Translations under genes and position numbers: made by a program
The notes under the pieces: model-generated
Database searches by the model: none
What the model saw: only the letters and a program-made list of their open reading frames with translations
Told to the model about the DNA's origin: nothing
From: Fimicolochytrium jonesii
Taxonomy: Eukaryota
Reading direction: 5' to 3'
DNA: 64,000 bases
Assembly: GCF_025526975.1 (NCBI RefSeq)
Contig: NW_026515671.1
Location: 372,001-436,000 of the forward strand
Part shown: piece by piece, positions 24,471 to 36,176 of the stretch
Layout of the letters: each line of letters begins with the position of its first letter
How positions within the stretch are numbered: the stretch's first letter is position 1

Positions 24471-26784
24471 GACAACAGTGGGGCGCCGCGCGGGGGCGGT
24501 TCAGCGCAAATAGGTACTGTTGCTCTGAGCCTACGTTTGTGGTGATACCCCCATTCGTCCCGCCAATACAGTCCGCCAAGCCCCTCTGAAGCCCGGCTGC
24601 AAGCTCGTCAAGTGCAACGGGGCGATTGCAAGTTTGTGGTAGCCAGTTCGCAGTACTTTAAGGAGCCCAAATAATTGTTGTTCCTGTGCGGGGACGTATT
24701 GGTGGTAAATTGAAGCCGGTGAAGTCCGTTATGTTTGACTGGCGTTCGTAGTCCGTAGTCAAGAGGGTCAGGTGCGTAGCTCAGCAGCAAACTGTTTTTG
24801 GAGTCTCGTTGTCGAATCTGCTGGACGTGCAGCGCGGTGGAGGGCAGATTGAGAACCTCGCGGTATATTCTGGTGTAAACGTCTCAATGGCGGGCCCCAG
24901 CAACTTCTAGTGCGTGAGGGGCGAGTGGCGGACGGCGTTCACGGATTGCCGTGGGAACAAGCCAATCTTGGGGAGGGAAGGAAGAAAAGGCCTGTTGCTT
25001 TATGCGCGGGGGTGGCTCGCTCGACGTGGCAGCAAAAACGCGCTCGTCCCGTCTGTCCCAAAGCGGACATCCCTCGATTGGTTGGGGAACGCATACTACT
25101 ACTACTACTTCGTTTTCATACGTGCATAACCAGCCACACCTTACGCCAAGCTCGATCTCAAGCGGAATAGGATGCTTGGCGCTGCATTCTTCCTCTCGCT
25201 CCGCGAAGAGAAACCAGAGAATCCTTCGTTGCGTACGTCTCGCTCTGTTTCGACTCGTCGCAGGAGCAAGGTCCCGTTTTCGCTCGCGTGATAAACAGCG
25301 TAGCTCAAACCAAGCAGTACGCAGTGGGCTTAGCCCATATACCTTTCCGCTTTAGAGCACACCACACCTTTCTCATTGTGGATCTAGAGGTCTCACCCGT
25401 CAGGGGTTTGGGCAGGACCGTTTATCGAGGTGACCAGGGAACCCAGAACGCATGGGGGTGAAACAAGCCGTGAGTCACTCACCCGAGCGCCAGACTCGCG
25501 TGTAAGCGATACTTGCAACTCGTACCCACGGTTGCGCTACGTACTACTGTATAATGTACAAGCGCTAAATTTACTCCCTCCGAGTCCCTCGCAACTTCTT
25601 GAAATCCCCCAACCCCTTCAGTTGCTCAGACGTTCATCACTTCGACCAGTGATTGCCAGCAAGCAATGCAAGTGCATCAAACGATACTGTATTTAGATGT
25701 GTCTCACTAATGGAGACTCGCCTGGAGACCATAGGCGAATGACCCCGCTCATCCTCCTCATGCCTTCATGATCTTTCCCAATGTATCTATCTCGAGATCA
25801 AACCTCATGGTGTCCGCTACATGCGCATCGATGACCACAACGCCAATAACCGGGATAAATCCCTCACAAGCACAGGACTCCAAGGTGCATTGGATTTACT
25901 TTCCGTTTGCATTTGCCTTTCCGTCGATCAGAACACATCCAAAGCCTGTGAGTGCAATATGTTATCGTCCCGACTTTCGACGGCAATCGGGAAGCATAGC
26001 TATCACCAAGTTAACAACAGCCTAGCGGAGTTTCAGCAAGCCACACTCTGCGACGATAGGTCCACAAGTGTCAATCCCCAACACATATGTATGTACTGCC
26101 TCGAGGCTCGCAGAGTCGCCGCCGTCGACAACTGTATGACTTCGTCTCCCAGGCTCTCGTGGGCGGCCGTTTTTTATGAGACTTCTGGGCTGAAAGAGCA
26201 GAATGGACGATGGAGCGGCCGAGTTGTACTGTATGAGAAGAGCCGTCGGAGTTTGCCCACGTCACTCACTCTGTTGAGTCTGTTCGGTCGTTGCTCGCTA
26301 ATAAGGGGCGGCTTGCGTGTCAGCCTCGTGTTTCCTCTGCAATTTTGACCTTTTTTGCCTGATGGGAGAATGATTAGATTTCTGCGCCAAAGCTAAGCCC
26401 TTGTTCTAAATGTCTGCCTTAGCTTATTACGCCCCCAAGTGGCTTTCACGGCTGGCCAGATTCTGACGACAGAACAGCTGATATTCGCACCTGTGTTTCC
26501 TTGGCTAAAACAACCTCCAGGAAAAAGCCCCTTTTACCCCCAACAGCAATATACCTGTCTGTTCACAGCAGCAACATTACTGCACGGTGCTACTGGGGTC
26601 AGGTCACCACAACCTTTCTCAACCACCGCTGTGCAAAGTTTCAGACTCCCGCGGTGACCATTTTGAATTCGCCGCAGCAGGTCGAACAACTCGAACAACG
26701 ACGTCTGCGTGCGCTAGACTCACTAGTAGCCAGACTAGGCATTGCCGCTGTGAAGCAGGGGCTGGAAGGGAGTCCTTCAAAGCA

Positions 26785-29667
26785 ATGACGGTCCCGCCAG
26801 CCTACCTGCGCACCACGTCATCTCCCGTACTCACTACCACGACGAAGGCCGCCGCTCTGTCTGGAAGCAAGGCCGTAGCCGACCATGCCTCGCTCTCAAC
26901 GGTTGCCCTCGAAGTGCACAGCAGTGGACCGGACGCTGCAGCCCTTTGTACCTCAGCACCAACGCCAAAACCAACTGCGAAGTTGGAGCGAAAGTTCTCC
27001 AATAAAGTCATGGGATTTCTGTTCGGCAAGGGTGGGAAGGGCAAACGCAATTCACCGATGGAAAGTCAGTCTCATGAGTCGATTCCCAGTCCGGAAACCG
27101 ACCGGCGCGCGGAGACAGCGTCGCTGAAGAGCGTGGCCAGCACCAGTAGCTTGAAGAGTCTGATGGGAAGCAAATCCAAAGGTCTTTTCTCATTCCGAAA
27201 TAAGAAGGATAAGAAGGCGGACTCAACATCACAGTCCGCCGCGACGCCAGTAAACGCCGTTTCCCACGATGCCCGTGGGATCCCCTCCCCACCCGAAGAT
27301 ACCCCGCCGCTTCTTCTACCGGATAAAGATCTGCGGAATCACTCAGAAACGCCTGTACAAACCGACTGGTTGGCGTCCCCGGTAGTGGAGAAGGCTGCTG
27401 CTCCGCCGACCACTACTTCATATTCGACGAAAGCCGCGGATACGGCGAACGGAGTGCAGAGTCGCTTGCTAGAGCTGCCTGACATAGCGCCCGTTTCAGG
27501 ACAGTGGAGATGGAGCGTTACGGATAAGCAAGATGCTTCGAAATCTGGCGAGATTGGGAAGAGGATCGAACCGAAGTCTGAGGAGTCGGCGAAGACTCGG
27601 GCGGAGAAACATAGCTCGACCGCCACATCTAAAGCATCGTCAGGACTGGATTCAGATGAAAGCCAAGCAAAGACGAAGGGCACACCCCGGAAACTGTCGG
27701 AACCAATATCCATAGCTCAGGGCGAAGTGAAACGCACGCACACTGCGCGCAGTACTCGCTCGAGTTCGTCTGAAAGTATTACTGTCATCCCTGAAGTGCT
27801 CTCTCCGCCAAAGAAACAATTGGTCAGCATTGGGGGTACGACGATAGAAGCCAAGGATCCATCCCACCTATTCTGGGTACCAGCTCACCTGCACCCCGAG
27901 TTACATCCGAGCGAATTTACGTCGTGGCTCAGCGACTCTGACCCCACATCGGATACTGCCTCTAAGTCTCTCTTCCCGGCCGAAAAGAAGCCACTGAAAC
28001 GGTCGAAATCATTTGTCGAAAGGCATGTCGTTATCACGCCAGACAACGCGGATAAGTTCATGGAGGACGAACCTATCACGAGGGCTCGAACTGTCGCAGG
28101 ACTTGCATCGACGGAACAGCGAGCTGCGAAAGGCTTGCCACCGCTGAAACGGGCTCGGCATATAAAGAAGCCTGTTGTTGCCCCGTTGGGTGGCGAAAAT
28201 GATGAAGAGCAGGAAGGGTACATACCGTCCGGTAGCGAGACCGCTGGGACTTCGCATCTTTCTGATGCGGAAAGAGCGCGGCGGAGAAAGTCGAGGAAAT
28301 CGCTGAGAAAACGACGCGGAAGCCGGAAATCAAACAAATCCGATAAGGAGAAGAAGGAGGTGGATGCTGAAAAACAAACAACCGAGGATGTCGAGGAAGA
28401 GCGAATCAAGGTGCCGGCATCATCGCCTCTGCCGGAAGAGGAAAAGAGGGGGACAAAGGAGGACGAGAATATTCGCGAAAACATGGTTGTGACACCGCCG
28501 CCATTACCTGTTCCCAAATCGGAGGCGACAGACGAGAACGACTCGGATGTGACATCTCTCACTGCGGCTTTGGAAGCGTCAGATAACGCTTCCAAGAGCT
28601 CCGTATCGCAGACATCAAACGGAAAGAAACCCGAAAAGAAGCCAAAAACACCTAAATCCTGGAACTGGCTGGGATTCCTGCACAGTAGGAAGAAGTCCCC
28701 AAGAGGAGGACCAAAGCACGCTCGCTCAGCATCCATGGACTCGCTCACCAACGAAAGCAGCGGATCGGATTGGGACGCATATCCCGCGGACCGGGACAAA
28801 TTCAACAACCCAGGGCGTCTGCCAGCCGAGGACGAAAAGTATATTTACCGCATATCCCACGTCAAAATCGCCGAGACGAGACGGTCCCTGTACCACCAAG
28901 TGCTGATCAGCAACCAGATGCTGTATATCCTCAGCGTGCATGCGGACGTAACGCTGACACGGCGGGCACCGCAGAAGAGGCCACGGGGTGGGGCGGGTGG
29001 GAGGAAGCGGACTCGGAAATCGAGCTTGTCACCGCATTTTCAGAACCGTGCCCCTGGCCGGACGCATCCGCTGGCTCGGGGGGTCATGCCGTTGCCTGAG
29101 ATTCCATTACTACAATCAACAGGAGGCATCGCACACTCTCCTCCCGGGCCATCCTCAATCAAAGCCCGTCCTCTCCCAACGCCGTCGGACGCAACAACAG
29201 ACCGTACCACATCAGCCACAGCATCAAAACCCGCCGCCATCGCACGAGCCGCAGACGGCGGCGCCCGCCCCGCTCTGCAGATGCGCACCAACAACGCCCA
29301 CCTCGCCGCGATTAAGTCCAATAAACTCCAACCGATCCCGCCCACCCACCAGCACCCACCCGTCCCACGCTCCCAATCCCCGACACGACTCCCTCACGAT
29401 CTCCAACTCTGGCCCAACCCCCGGCCCCCATCCCCAAACCACATGCATGGCTCCCTCCTCACCCAACAATACGGCCCGCATCCACACCCCAAACGGCCCA
29501 TATCCCCGCAAAACAACTCATACGGCAGAAGTAAGAGCACAACATCACTCATCAGCAAATCACCTACCGCCCCGTCACCGGAAGAAGACGAGGACGAGGA
29601 CGATGTCCCTCTCGGAATGCTACAACACCATCGGCGGTTGAGTTTTAGCAGCACGGGGAGTCGGTGA
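26785..29667 (+). CDS. ZDS1: Zds1/Zds2-like protein (PP2A-Cdc55 regulator, Zds_C domain)
   Basis: DPSHLFWVPAHLHPELHPSEFTSWL and RLPAEDEKYIYRISHVKIAETRRSLYHQVLISNQMLYILSV; single long ORF; first ATG at 26785. Confidence 0.85.
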   Translation: MTVPPAYLRTTSSPVLTTTTKAAALSGSKAVADHASLSTVALEVHSSGPDAAALCTSAPTPKPTAKLERKFSNKVMGFLFGKGGKGKRNSPMESQSHESIPSPETDRRAETASLKSVASTSSLKSLMGSKSKGLFSFRNKKDKKADSTSQSAATPVNAVSHDARGIPSPPEDTPPLLLPDKDLRNHSETPVQTDWLASPVVEKAAAPPTTTSYSTKAADTANGVQSRLLELPDIAPVSGQWRWSVTDKQDASKSGEIGKRIEPKSEESAKTRAEKHSSTATSKASSGLDSDESQAKTKGTPRKLSEPISIAQGEVKRTHTARSTRSSSSESITVIPEVLSPPKKQLVSIGGTTIEAKDPSHLFWVPAHLHPELHPSEFTSWLSDSDPTSDTASKSLFPAEKKPLKRSKSFVERHVVITPDNADKFMEDEPITRARTVAGLASTEQRAAKGLPPLKRARHIKKPVVAPLGGENDEEQEGYIPSGSETAGTSHLSDAERARRRKSRKSLRKRRGSRKSNKSDKEKKEVDAEKQTTEDVEEERIKVPASSPLPEEEKRGTKEDENIRENMVVTPPPLPVPKSEATDENDSDVTSLTAALEASDNASKSSVSQTSNGKKPEKKPKTPKSWNWLGFLHSRKKSPRGGPKHARSASMDSLTNESSGSDWDAYPADRDKFNNPGRLPAEDEKYIYRISHVKIAETRRSLYHQVLISNQMLYILSVHADVTLTRRAPQKRPRGGAGGRKRTRKSSLSPHFQNRAPGRTHPLARGVMPLPEIPLLQSTGGIAHSPPGPSSIKARPLPTPSDATTDRTTSATASKPAAIARAADGGARPALQMRTNNAHLAAIKSNKLQPIPPTHQHPPVPRSQSPTRLPHDLQLWPNPRPPSPNHMHGSLLTQQYGPHPHPKRPISPQNNSYGRSKSTTSLISKSPTAPSPEEDEDEDDVPLGMLQHHRRLSFSSTGSR

Positions 29668-30110
29668 CGACTGAGAGTTTATACAACGGCGTGTTATATT
29701 TTATCTATGTAGTTTTTCGCTTTCTGCATCTGGACAACTCATACCACAACCAAATCAGTATCCTGCTTGGCGTACTGCTAGGTTTTAGCTTTCAACCCCT
29801 CCCCCATTTCACGCCACATTCTCCGATGCTGTAGATATAGAGTGCTTCTTTGGCTTTTTTGTGTCTGCCAGGAATATGATGCCTGGGACACTGAGGTGGA
29901 TTTCATCTCTCATACGTTATGCACCCCCACGTTTTGTCTGTTCTGTTGCTGTATGGGTGCTCCGAGTGACACAGAAGAAGACAAGTTCCAAGGCGACTCA
30001 CATAGAAAAAACATGGTCCTCGCAATAGCCTCGTAGTGAATGTACTTAAATAAAAGTGCAGAAACGGCACCTACATAACTTGAGATTCTATCCCAAAAAA
30101 CTAGTCTACC

Positions 30111-31943
30111 TCAATCCGACTTCGCAGTCCTCTTCCCCCCCGGGCTAGCGGCGCCGCCTCTTCCACCCCGCTTTGCGAATCCGCCACGCCCGCCACGCCC
30201 ACCACCACCACCACCCCGCTTCGGTCCGCCTGCTGTCGATGGTCTTCCGAACGGTTTACCGTTGCTGCTAGGGCGAGACCGCGTCCGGAGTTTGGAGACG
30301 CCTCCATTTTTGGTTTTGTCGGTGGAGTCGCTTCGGGTTGCGCGTTGGCCTTCGGTCATCTGTGAGGATTGGACAGTGATATGTATGAGCCATCTTGATA
30401 TGGTCCAAAGGAACGAGTCCCGGAGACCAGGTACTTACACTTAAGCGCTTCTTCTGTGCTTCCGGAGACACATCCTTACACCTGTTCACACGGATCTTTC
30501 GGCCTGCGAGTTCAGATCCGTGGAGTTTGTGTGCCAGGCCGACGGATGCTCTGTCCTTGAAGAGGACGTATCCGATACCTTTGCCCACATTTGTTCCTCT
30601 TATCACAGGGAGAGACGGCGTTAGAATTTGTTACGATAATTGATGGGAGGAACTTCCCAGCGAGACTTACTTGTCACGAACGATGCGCACACCCTCCACA
30701 TCCCCACACTGGCTGAAATAGTTCCACACCGTCTCCTCTTTGATATCAAACGGCAGCGCGCCCACAAACACCGACCGCTTATGGTCATGCTTATTATCCT
30801 CGGGTCGCTCCGCGCGATCAACCCGGATATGCGTGCCCATGAACATCGTTCCGTTCTCTGCGAGTGCTTTGGCGACGGACTCGAGGTCCTTGTACACGAT
30901 GTAGCAGTTGACGGTGTCGCGGCCTGGGTGGAAGTTTTTGGTGATGAAAGCGACTTTGCGGGGCATTTTGTCGGACCGGGCTATTGAGCGGAAGCGGATG
31001 CTGTCGAGGGCGCCGTGTTTGCTGAAGAGGGCTTTCAACTCTTTTGTTCCGGCCTAGGGTTTGGGATATCCGTTAGGAATGTACTCTGATGACAAGGTTT
31101 CTGCTCGAGTCGCGCCCTCACCTTCTCCGTCGCCTTTATGGACAGATTTCCAACAAAGATTGTCCTCGCGTTCTGCTCTTTAATCTCCTTCTTCACCTCC
31201 CGTCGGCTCTTCTTTTCCGGCGACTTTTCCTTGTCGTCGCCTGCCTCCACGGCTTCCGAGCCGGATCCCTCCTCAATCTTCTCCTCGTCCTCACCGGAGC
31301 CAGCATCCGAATCAGCATCGGAATCGGCCTGAGGAAGTTTTCCGGAATCGCCCTCAGAAATGTCTTCCTCGTCGTTATCCTCCTCCTCCTCGACATGCAC
31401 CTTCTCAGGCACCTCCTTTTTCATCTTCGCGGCCTTCGATTCAGCCGCCGGCTTCACCGCCGCGACCTCCTCCTTCTCTGTTACAGATTCCTTCTGCTTT
31501 TTCGCCTTCTCCTTCTTTACTTTGATCCCTTTGCTGCTTTCCGCTGATTCCGCAACGGATTTCTTCGGAGCTTCGACCGCTACCTCTTCGTGCGCTTTTG
31601 TGCTCTTCTTTTTCTTATCCTTCTTCGTCTCGCTCTTCACGTTTGTTTCCCTCGTCGGTTCGGGCTTCACTTCGAGCTTAGCCTCCTCGTTCTACTCAAC
31701 CCCACAAATATCAGCCATGTAAGACCACACGAGAAATGGGTCATTTTCAAATCCAACCTTCTTTGATTTCTTCTTCTTTGCACTTTCACTTTGTGCGCTT
31801 TCCTGTTGCTTGCGCTTCTTGGAGGACTTTTCGGGCGTTGTTGTGCTGCTGGAAGGCGCTGAAAAGCTACTGCCGAACAAAGCGTCCAGATCGTTGTCGA
31901 TGGCGGCGGCGCCCACCAGCGAGCTTGCGAGGAGGCCTGACAT
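30111..31943 (-). CDS. NOP12: Nucleolar protein 12 / RBM34 (2 RRMs)
   Basis: IDNDLDALF, RTIFVGNL, LDSIRFRSIA...RKVAFI, TVNCYIVY, HIRVD, RSVFVGALPFD, VEGVRIVRDK|GTNVGKGIGYVLF, RGG-rich tail; four introns. Confidence 0.93.
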
Positions 31944-32207
31944 TGTTGCTTGGTCGTTTGAGGACTGGGTATACAAAATGGAGCTGCAAAATGTAAACGT
32001 ATTCTCAGTCGAAGCCTTCCTTGCAAGCTGCTGGTGTGAATTCTGAGTTGCGCACGCCACGCGCGGATGGCGCAGTCAACTGGTTGCGCCACACGGAAAG
32101 AAAGAGCCCGCATCAGCACTTAGAGTAGGGTCCTGCTAACTTCACCCTTGGACATCACAACAAACCACCCCACCAACACACACACCCCCACAACACCACC
32201 CGACAAA

Positions 32208-32815
32208 ATGGCAAAGGAGAAGAAGGACAAGACCCCGAAGAAGGCAAAGTCGGAAGCCGTCGCACCAGCAACGCCAGGAGGCGACGAGGACGCCAGCGCC
32301 GTTTCGTACGAAACCCGTGTGCTCGCATGCAACCCCATTGCCCACCCGCTGGCAAGCAAGAAGCTTACAAAGAAGGTCTTGAAGACTGTCAAGAAGGGTA
32401 GGTTTTGGTCTAACCTGCGTTTTTTGCGGTGCAAAATGTTCTTTGGGTCACCCAATTCCATGTCTAACAATTCTTGTTTCAACTTGCAGCCGCTAAGACA
32501 AAGAACGTACGGAGAGGGGTGAAGGAAGTCGTCAAGGCGATAAGGAAAGGCCAAAAGGGCGTCGTCGTAATTGCAGGAGACATCTCACCCGTCGACGTGA
32601 TCACGCACGTCCCGGTGATGTGCGAGGAGGCCAACGTTTCGTACATCTACGTACCATCGAAAGAGGAGCTGGGAAATGCGGGAGCAACAAAGCGGGCGAC
32701 ATCAGTGATTTTAGTAGTGGCGAAGGATAAGAAGGATATCGACTACGCAGACCTCTACGAGGAGGTCGCTGATGAGGTCAAGGAGCTCAACAAGAAGCTT
32801 ATCACCACCGTTTAG
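32208..32815 (+). CDS. NHP2: H/ACA snoRNP subunit Nhp2 (L7Ae family)
   Basis: NPIAHPLASKKLTKKVLKTVKK|AAKTKNVRRGVKEVVKAIRKGQKGVVVIAGDISPVDVITHVPVMCEE; intron 32398-32489. Confidence 0.96.
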
Positions 32816-33272
32816 AGCGTTAGGGGAACTGTAGATGGAAACCCTTTTCTGATAGATATCACATTGCCGACCGCAAAGGAGACCGGATGCTGCGTTCGTC
32901 TTGCCCTTAGTTTATCTGCATCCACCCGTTCTTTCCGCCACTATGCACTCGCTCGATGCTGCTCCTCCCCTTTTTGTTAATTCTTGTACCATATTTAACA
33001 TGCGCTCCATTTTCTCAACGATTCATTTTTTCCTGTTCGGCTGTTGATGCACTCCGGCCCCCGTCCATTGGCAAAGGGGGTAGAGAGCTTCATCTGAATG
33101 CACTATGTCGTAGTACGATCCGCATATGCTGGATATGTTGGTCCTGTCCGCAAGAGCGCGCCGTGTTGTGCTCTTTCGGAACAAACCCCCGAAGTTCCTC
33201 CCACTGCCTTGAACAAGAGTCAAGACTGCTAGAGACATTAGACAGCATAGAGCTATACTACTACGTTTCAGC

Positions 33273-34217
33273 ATGGTATGGGTTTCGCTGCTTTACCACC
33301 TACAGTCTGTGTACCTAACCCGTTGTTCTCCAGCACGCACGATCTCTCACGCTCGTCCATAGGAGTCTACTGAGGCCTTCTCACCTGGCTCCACAATCCA
33401 TAGCATCGCATGTCAGCCGCCGATATGAGTCCACTAGAGTGGCCACACCAGCAGCTTCCCCAACGGTTGCTCCAGCCGCCCCAAAGCCAGTTGTCGCGCC
33501 AGTAGGCACAACCATATATAATGGGCCGTTAACGACGACGCTTATGCTGCTGAAGTATGTTTTGCTCTTCATATGTTTGTGCGCCCTGTACACGGAGGCC
33601 CTAACTCTAGATACCCTCTTTCCAGGCGGGTAAGCGCAACAACATTTGGCCTCTCAACGGTCGCCGCACCACTTCTGCTCTTTGCGGAATACTCGAACCT
33701 AGCGGTCGTGGGCACCATGATGGGAGCGGCGATAGTAACGTCGGGGATATCGACCATCCTCGTCCAATACTGCGTCAACCCATACGTCACACGGGTCCTT
33801 CTCTCTCCATCCTCTCTTCCGCCGAGCCGCACGGCCGTCCTCGAGACTCTCACCTTTTTCGGCAACCGCCGCCACACAGCCGTCCGTATATCTGATATCG
33901 TACCCGCACAGGACAGGCCTTTCGCTACGTGGAAGGTGCGCGACAATGCAACCACGAGCGATAACGGGGACCAGGAGCTGCTGGAGTTACTCGGAGGACA
34001 GCATAGGGCCGGGATGAAGAGGCGGAGGTTCTATGTGCACCCGGAGCTGGATGAAGGGTTCAGCTTGGAGATGGCGGAGGTGGTGCAGAGGGTGAAGCGG
34101 TCGGGGCGCATTCAGGATGTGGAGACGCAGGAGTATATGCGCGAGGATAAGGAGGGAGCGCAGAAATGGGATGATGTTGTTAAGAAGCTGCGCAATGCTA
34201 AGAAGAATGTAGAGTAG
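33273..34217 (+). CDS. Mitochondrial TMEM70-family membrane protein
   Basis: ATG|intron 33276-33333|HARSLTLVHRSLLRPSHL...SRRYES (presequence-like), IYNGPLTTTLMLLK|RVSATTFGLS, two hydrophobic segments, PYVTRV, ETLTFFG, PFATW, FYVH. Confidence 0.7.
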
Positions 34218-34690
34218 AATCTATGCTGAGATAGCGTAGATTGGCTGGGCAGAAGCATTGGGCTTGCGTTTTTGAATGGAACACACTGCCAACACGATAT
34301 CACGACGATTCTCTGCGGATTCCGTTACCTTCCCAAGATTTCTGGTTACGGAGCTGGAGAGAAGACGACGGCTTGGTGGACTAGCTTCTCGGGTACATTA
34401 TTCTAAAGTTTGGGTAGAGTTATTCGGCATCACATACGCAGCTCTTGTATATACCAGGTAACAACGAAAGAAAAGTCCTCGCTTGTGTGCGCGGGGGTGG
34501 AATGGGAATAGTCGGCGGACGGTGGGGCAACGCGTCTGGCCATCATACGACGCGCGAGGACAGGCGCGATATCATGCAACACGGCAAGCGGTGGTTCTGC
34601 ACTTCCCACCCCGACGGCGAACATCCATAAAAACTGTGCTCCCCCTTCACCATCCCCCGGTGCATACATTCGTACTAGAAACACAAAGAA

Positions 34691-35962
34691 ATGCTCGCTC
34701 AAGAGAAGAACAGCAGCCTGAGGCAGGTGACGGTCTCCGCCCCCGTCAACATCGCCGTCGTCAAATACTGGGGCAAGCGGGATACCTCGCTCCTGCTGCC
34801 GACCAACTCCTCCCTCTCCCTCACACTCTCCCAAGACGACCTTCGCTCAACCACCACCGTCCGCGCCGACCCCAGCTTCACCTCCGACCGCTTGTGGCTC
34901 AACGGCAAAGAGGAGAGCGTGCCCGATAACAAACGCACCAGCCATGTGTTGCGTGAACTCCGCGCTTTGAGGAAGGAATTGGAGGCAAAGGACGCTACCT
35001 TTGAACGTCTATCGAACCTGAGCCTGCATATCTGCTCCGAGAACAACTTCCCCACCGCCGCGGGACTGGCATCCAGCGCGAGTGGGTTTGCGGCCTTGAC
35101 GTTCGGGATCGCCCACGCCCTGGACGTCGCGGACAAGATCTCCATCTCCCACCTCTCCCGCCTCGCTCGTCTGGGCTCCGGCTCCGCATGCAGGAGCTTG
35201 TTTGGCGGGTTTGTGGCCTGGAAGCAGGGTGAAGCCGCCGACGGGTCCGATTCCGTCGCCGAGCAGGTCGCCGACGCCGCGCACTGGCCTGACATGGAAG
35301 CGTTGGTCCTTGTCGCGTCCGATGCGCGCAAGACCGTGCCCTCTACGGCCGGCATGCAGGCCACGGTGGAGACGTCGGAGCTGCTACAGGAGCGCATAAA
35401 GCAGGTGCCGAAGCGGATGGAGGACATGAAGGCCGCGATCCACAACAAGGACTACGATGCCTTCGCGGAACTGACCATGCGGGATTCCAACCAGTTCCAT
35501 GCCGTGTGCCTGGACACTTTCCCGCCAATCACCTACCTCAACGACGTCTCGCGCGCGGTCATCCACCTCATCACGACGTACAACAGTCTGTTTACCGATG
35601 GAAGCGCTGGTACGGGCAGGAAGGGGTATCGCGCGGCGTATACGTTTGATGCGGGACCGAACGCGGTGCTGTATGTGAGAAAGGAGCATGTGCCGGAGAT
35701 CTTGGCCCTCGTCAACCACTTTTTCCCGCCACCGACGGCCGCTGAAGAGAAGAAGGCGTATCTGGGCCGCGCGGCTACCTTTGCGGGCGAGGAAGATGCG
35801 GCGGCTCTGAAAAAGGCGATAGAGCAGATCAAGATGGCTCCGTTGGAGCAGGGCAGTCTGAAGCGTATCATTAGCACTAGCATAGGCGATGGACCCCGAA
35901 TTCTCGGCTGGGGCGTGGAAAATGCTCTCCTCGGTGAAAACGGCCTGCCAAAGTCTGCATAA
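34691..35962 (+). CDS. ERG19: Diphosphomevalonate decarboxylase
   Basis: APVNIAVVKYWGKRD, NNFPTAAGLASSASG, RLGSGSACRSLFGG, MRDSNQFHAVCLDTFPP, AYTFDAGPNAV; intronless, 423 aa. Confidence 0.98.
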   Translation: MLAQEKNSSLRQVTVSAPVNIAVVKYWGKRDTSLLLPTNSSLSLTLSQDDLRSTTTVRADPSFTSDRLWLNGKEESVPDNKRTSHVLRELRALRKELEAKDATFERLSNLSLHICSENNFPTAAGLASSASGFAALTFGIAHALDVADKISISHLSRLARLGSGSACRSLFGGFVAWKQGEAADGSDSVAEQVADAAHWPDMEALVLVASDARKTVPSTAGMQATVETSELLQERIKQVPKRMEDMKAAIHNKDYDAFAELTMRDSNQFHAVCLDTFPPITYLNDVSRAVIHLITTYNSLFTDGSAGTGRKGYRAAYTFDAGPNAVLYVRKEHVPEILALVNHFFPPPTAAEEKKAYLGRAATFAGEEDAAALKKAIEQIKMAPLEQGSLKRIISTSIGDGPRILGWGVENALLGENGLPKSA

Positions 35963-36028
35963 CCCCTCTTAGACATCTATACTACATCAATTGACACTGG
36001 ATATCGTATGTAACATGAATCCCAACCG

Positions 36029-36029
<1 letters not shown>

Positions 36030-36057
<28 letters not shown>
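36030..36057. repeat. (TA)n microsatellite between convergent 3' ends
   Basis: About 14 TA units, directly visible. Confidence 0.95.
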
Positions 36058-36060
<3 letters not shown>

Positions 36061-36176
36061 GGGCCAATATGGTACAGAAAACCGTACAGATTACATACCG
36101 ATCAGGCTGAGTGTTCGAATGCGAAAAGAAACCTGCTATCGCGACGCGGGTACTTCCTCACCGGCCAGGCCAGTGG

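Noticed and set aside
24600..26700. ORFs between CEG1 and the Zds1-like gene
   Set aside because: No coherent protein or splice model; more likely promoter and long 5' leader.
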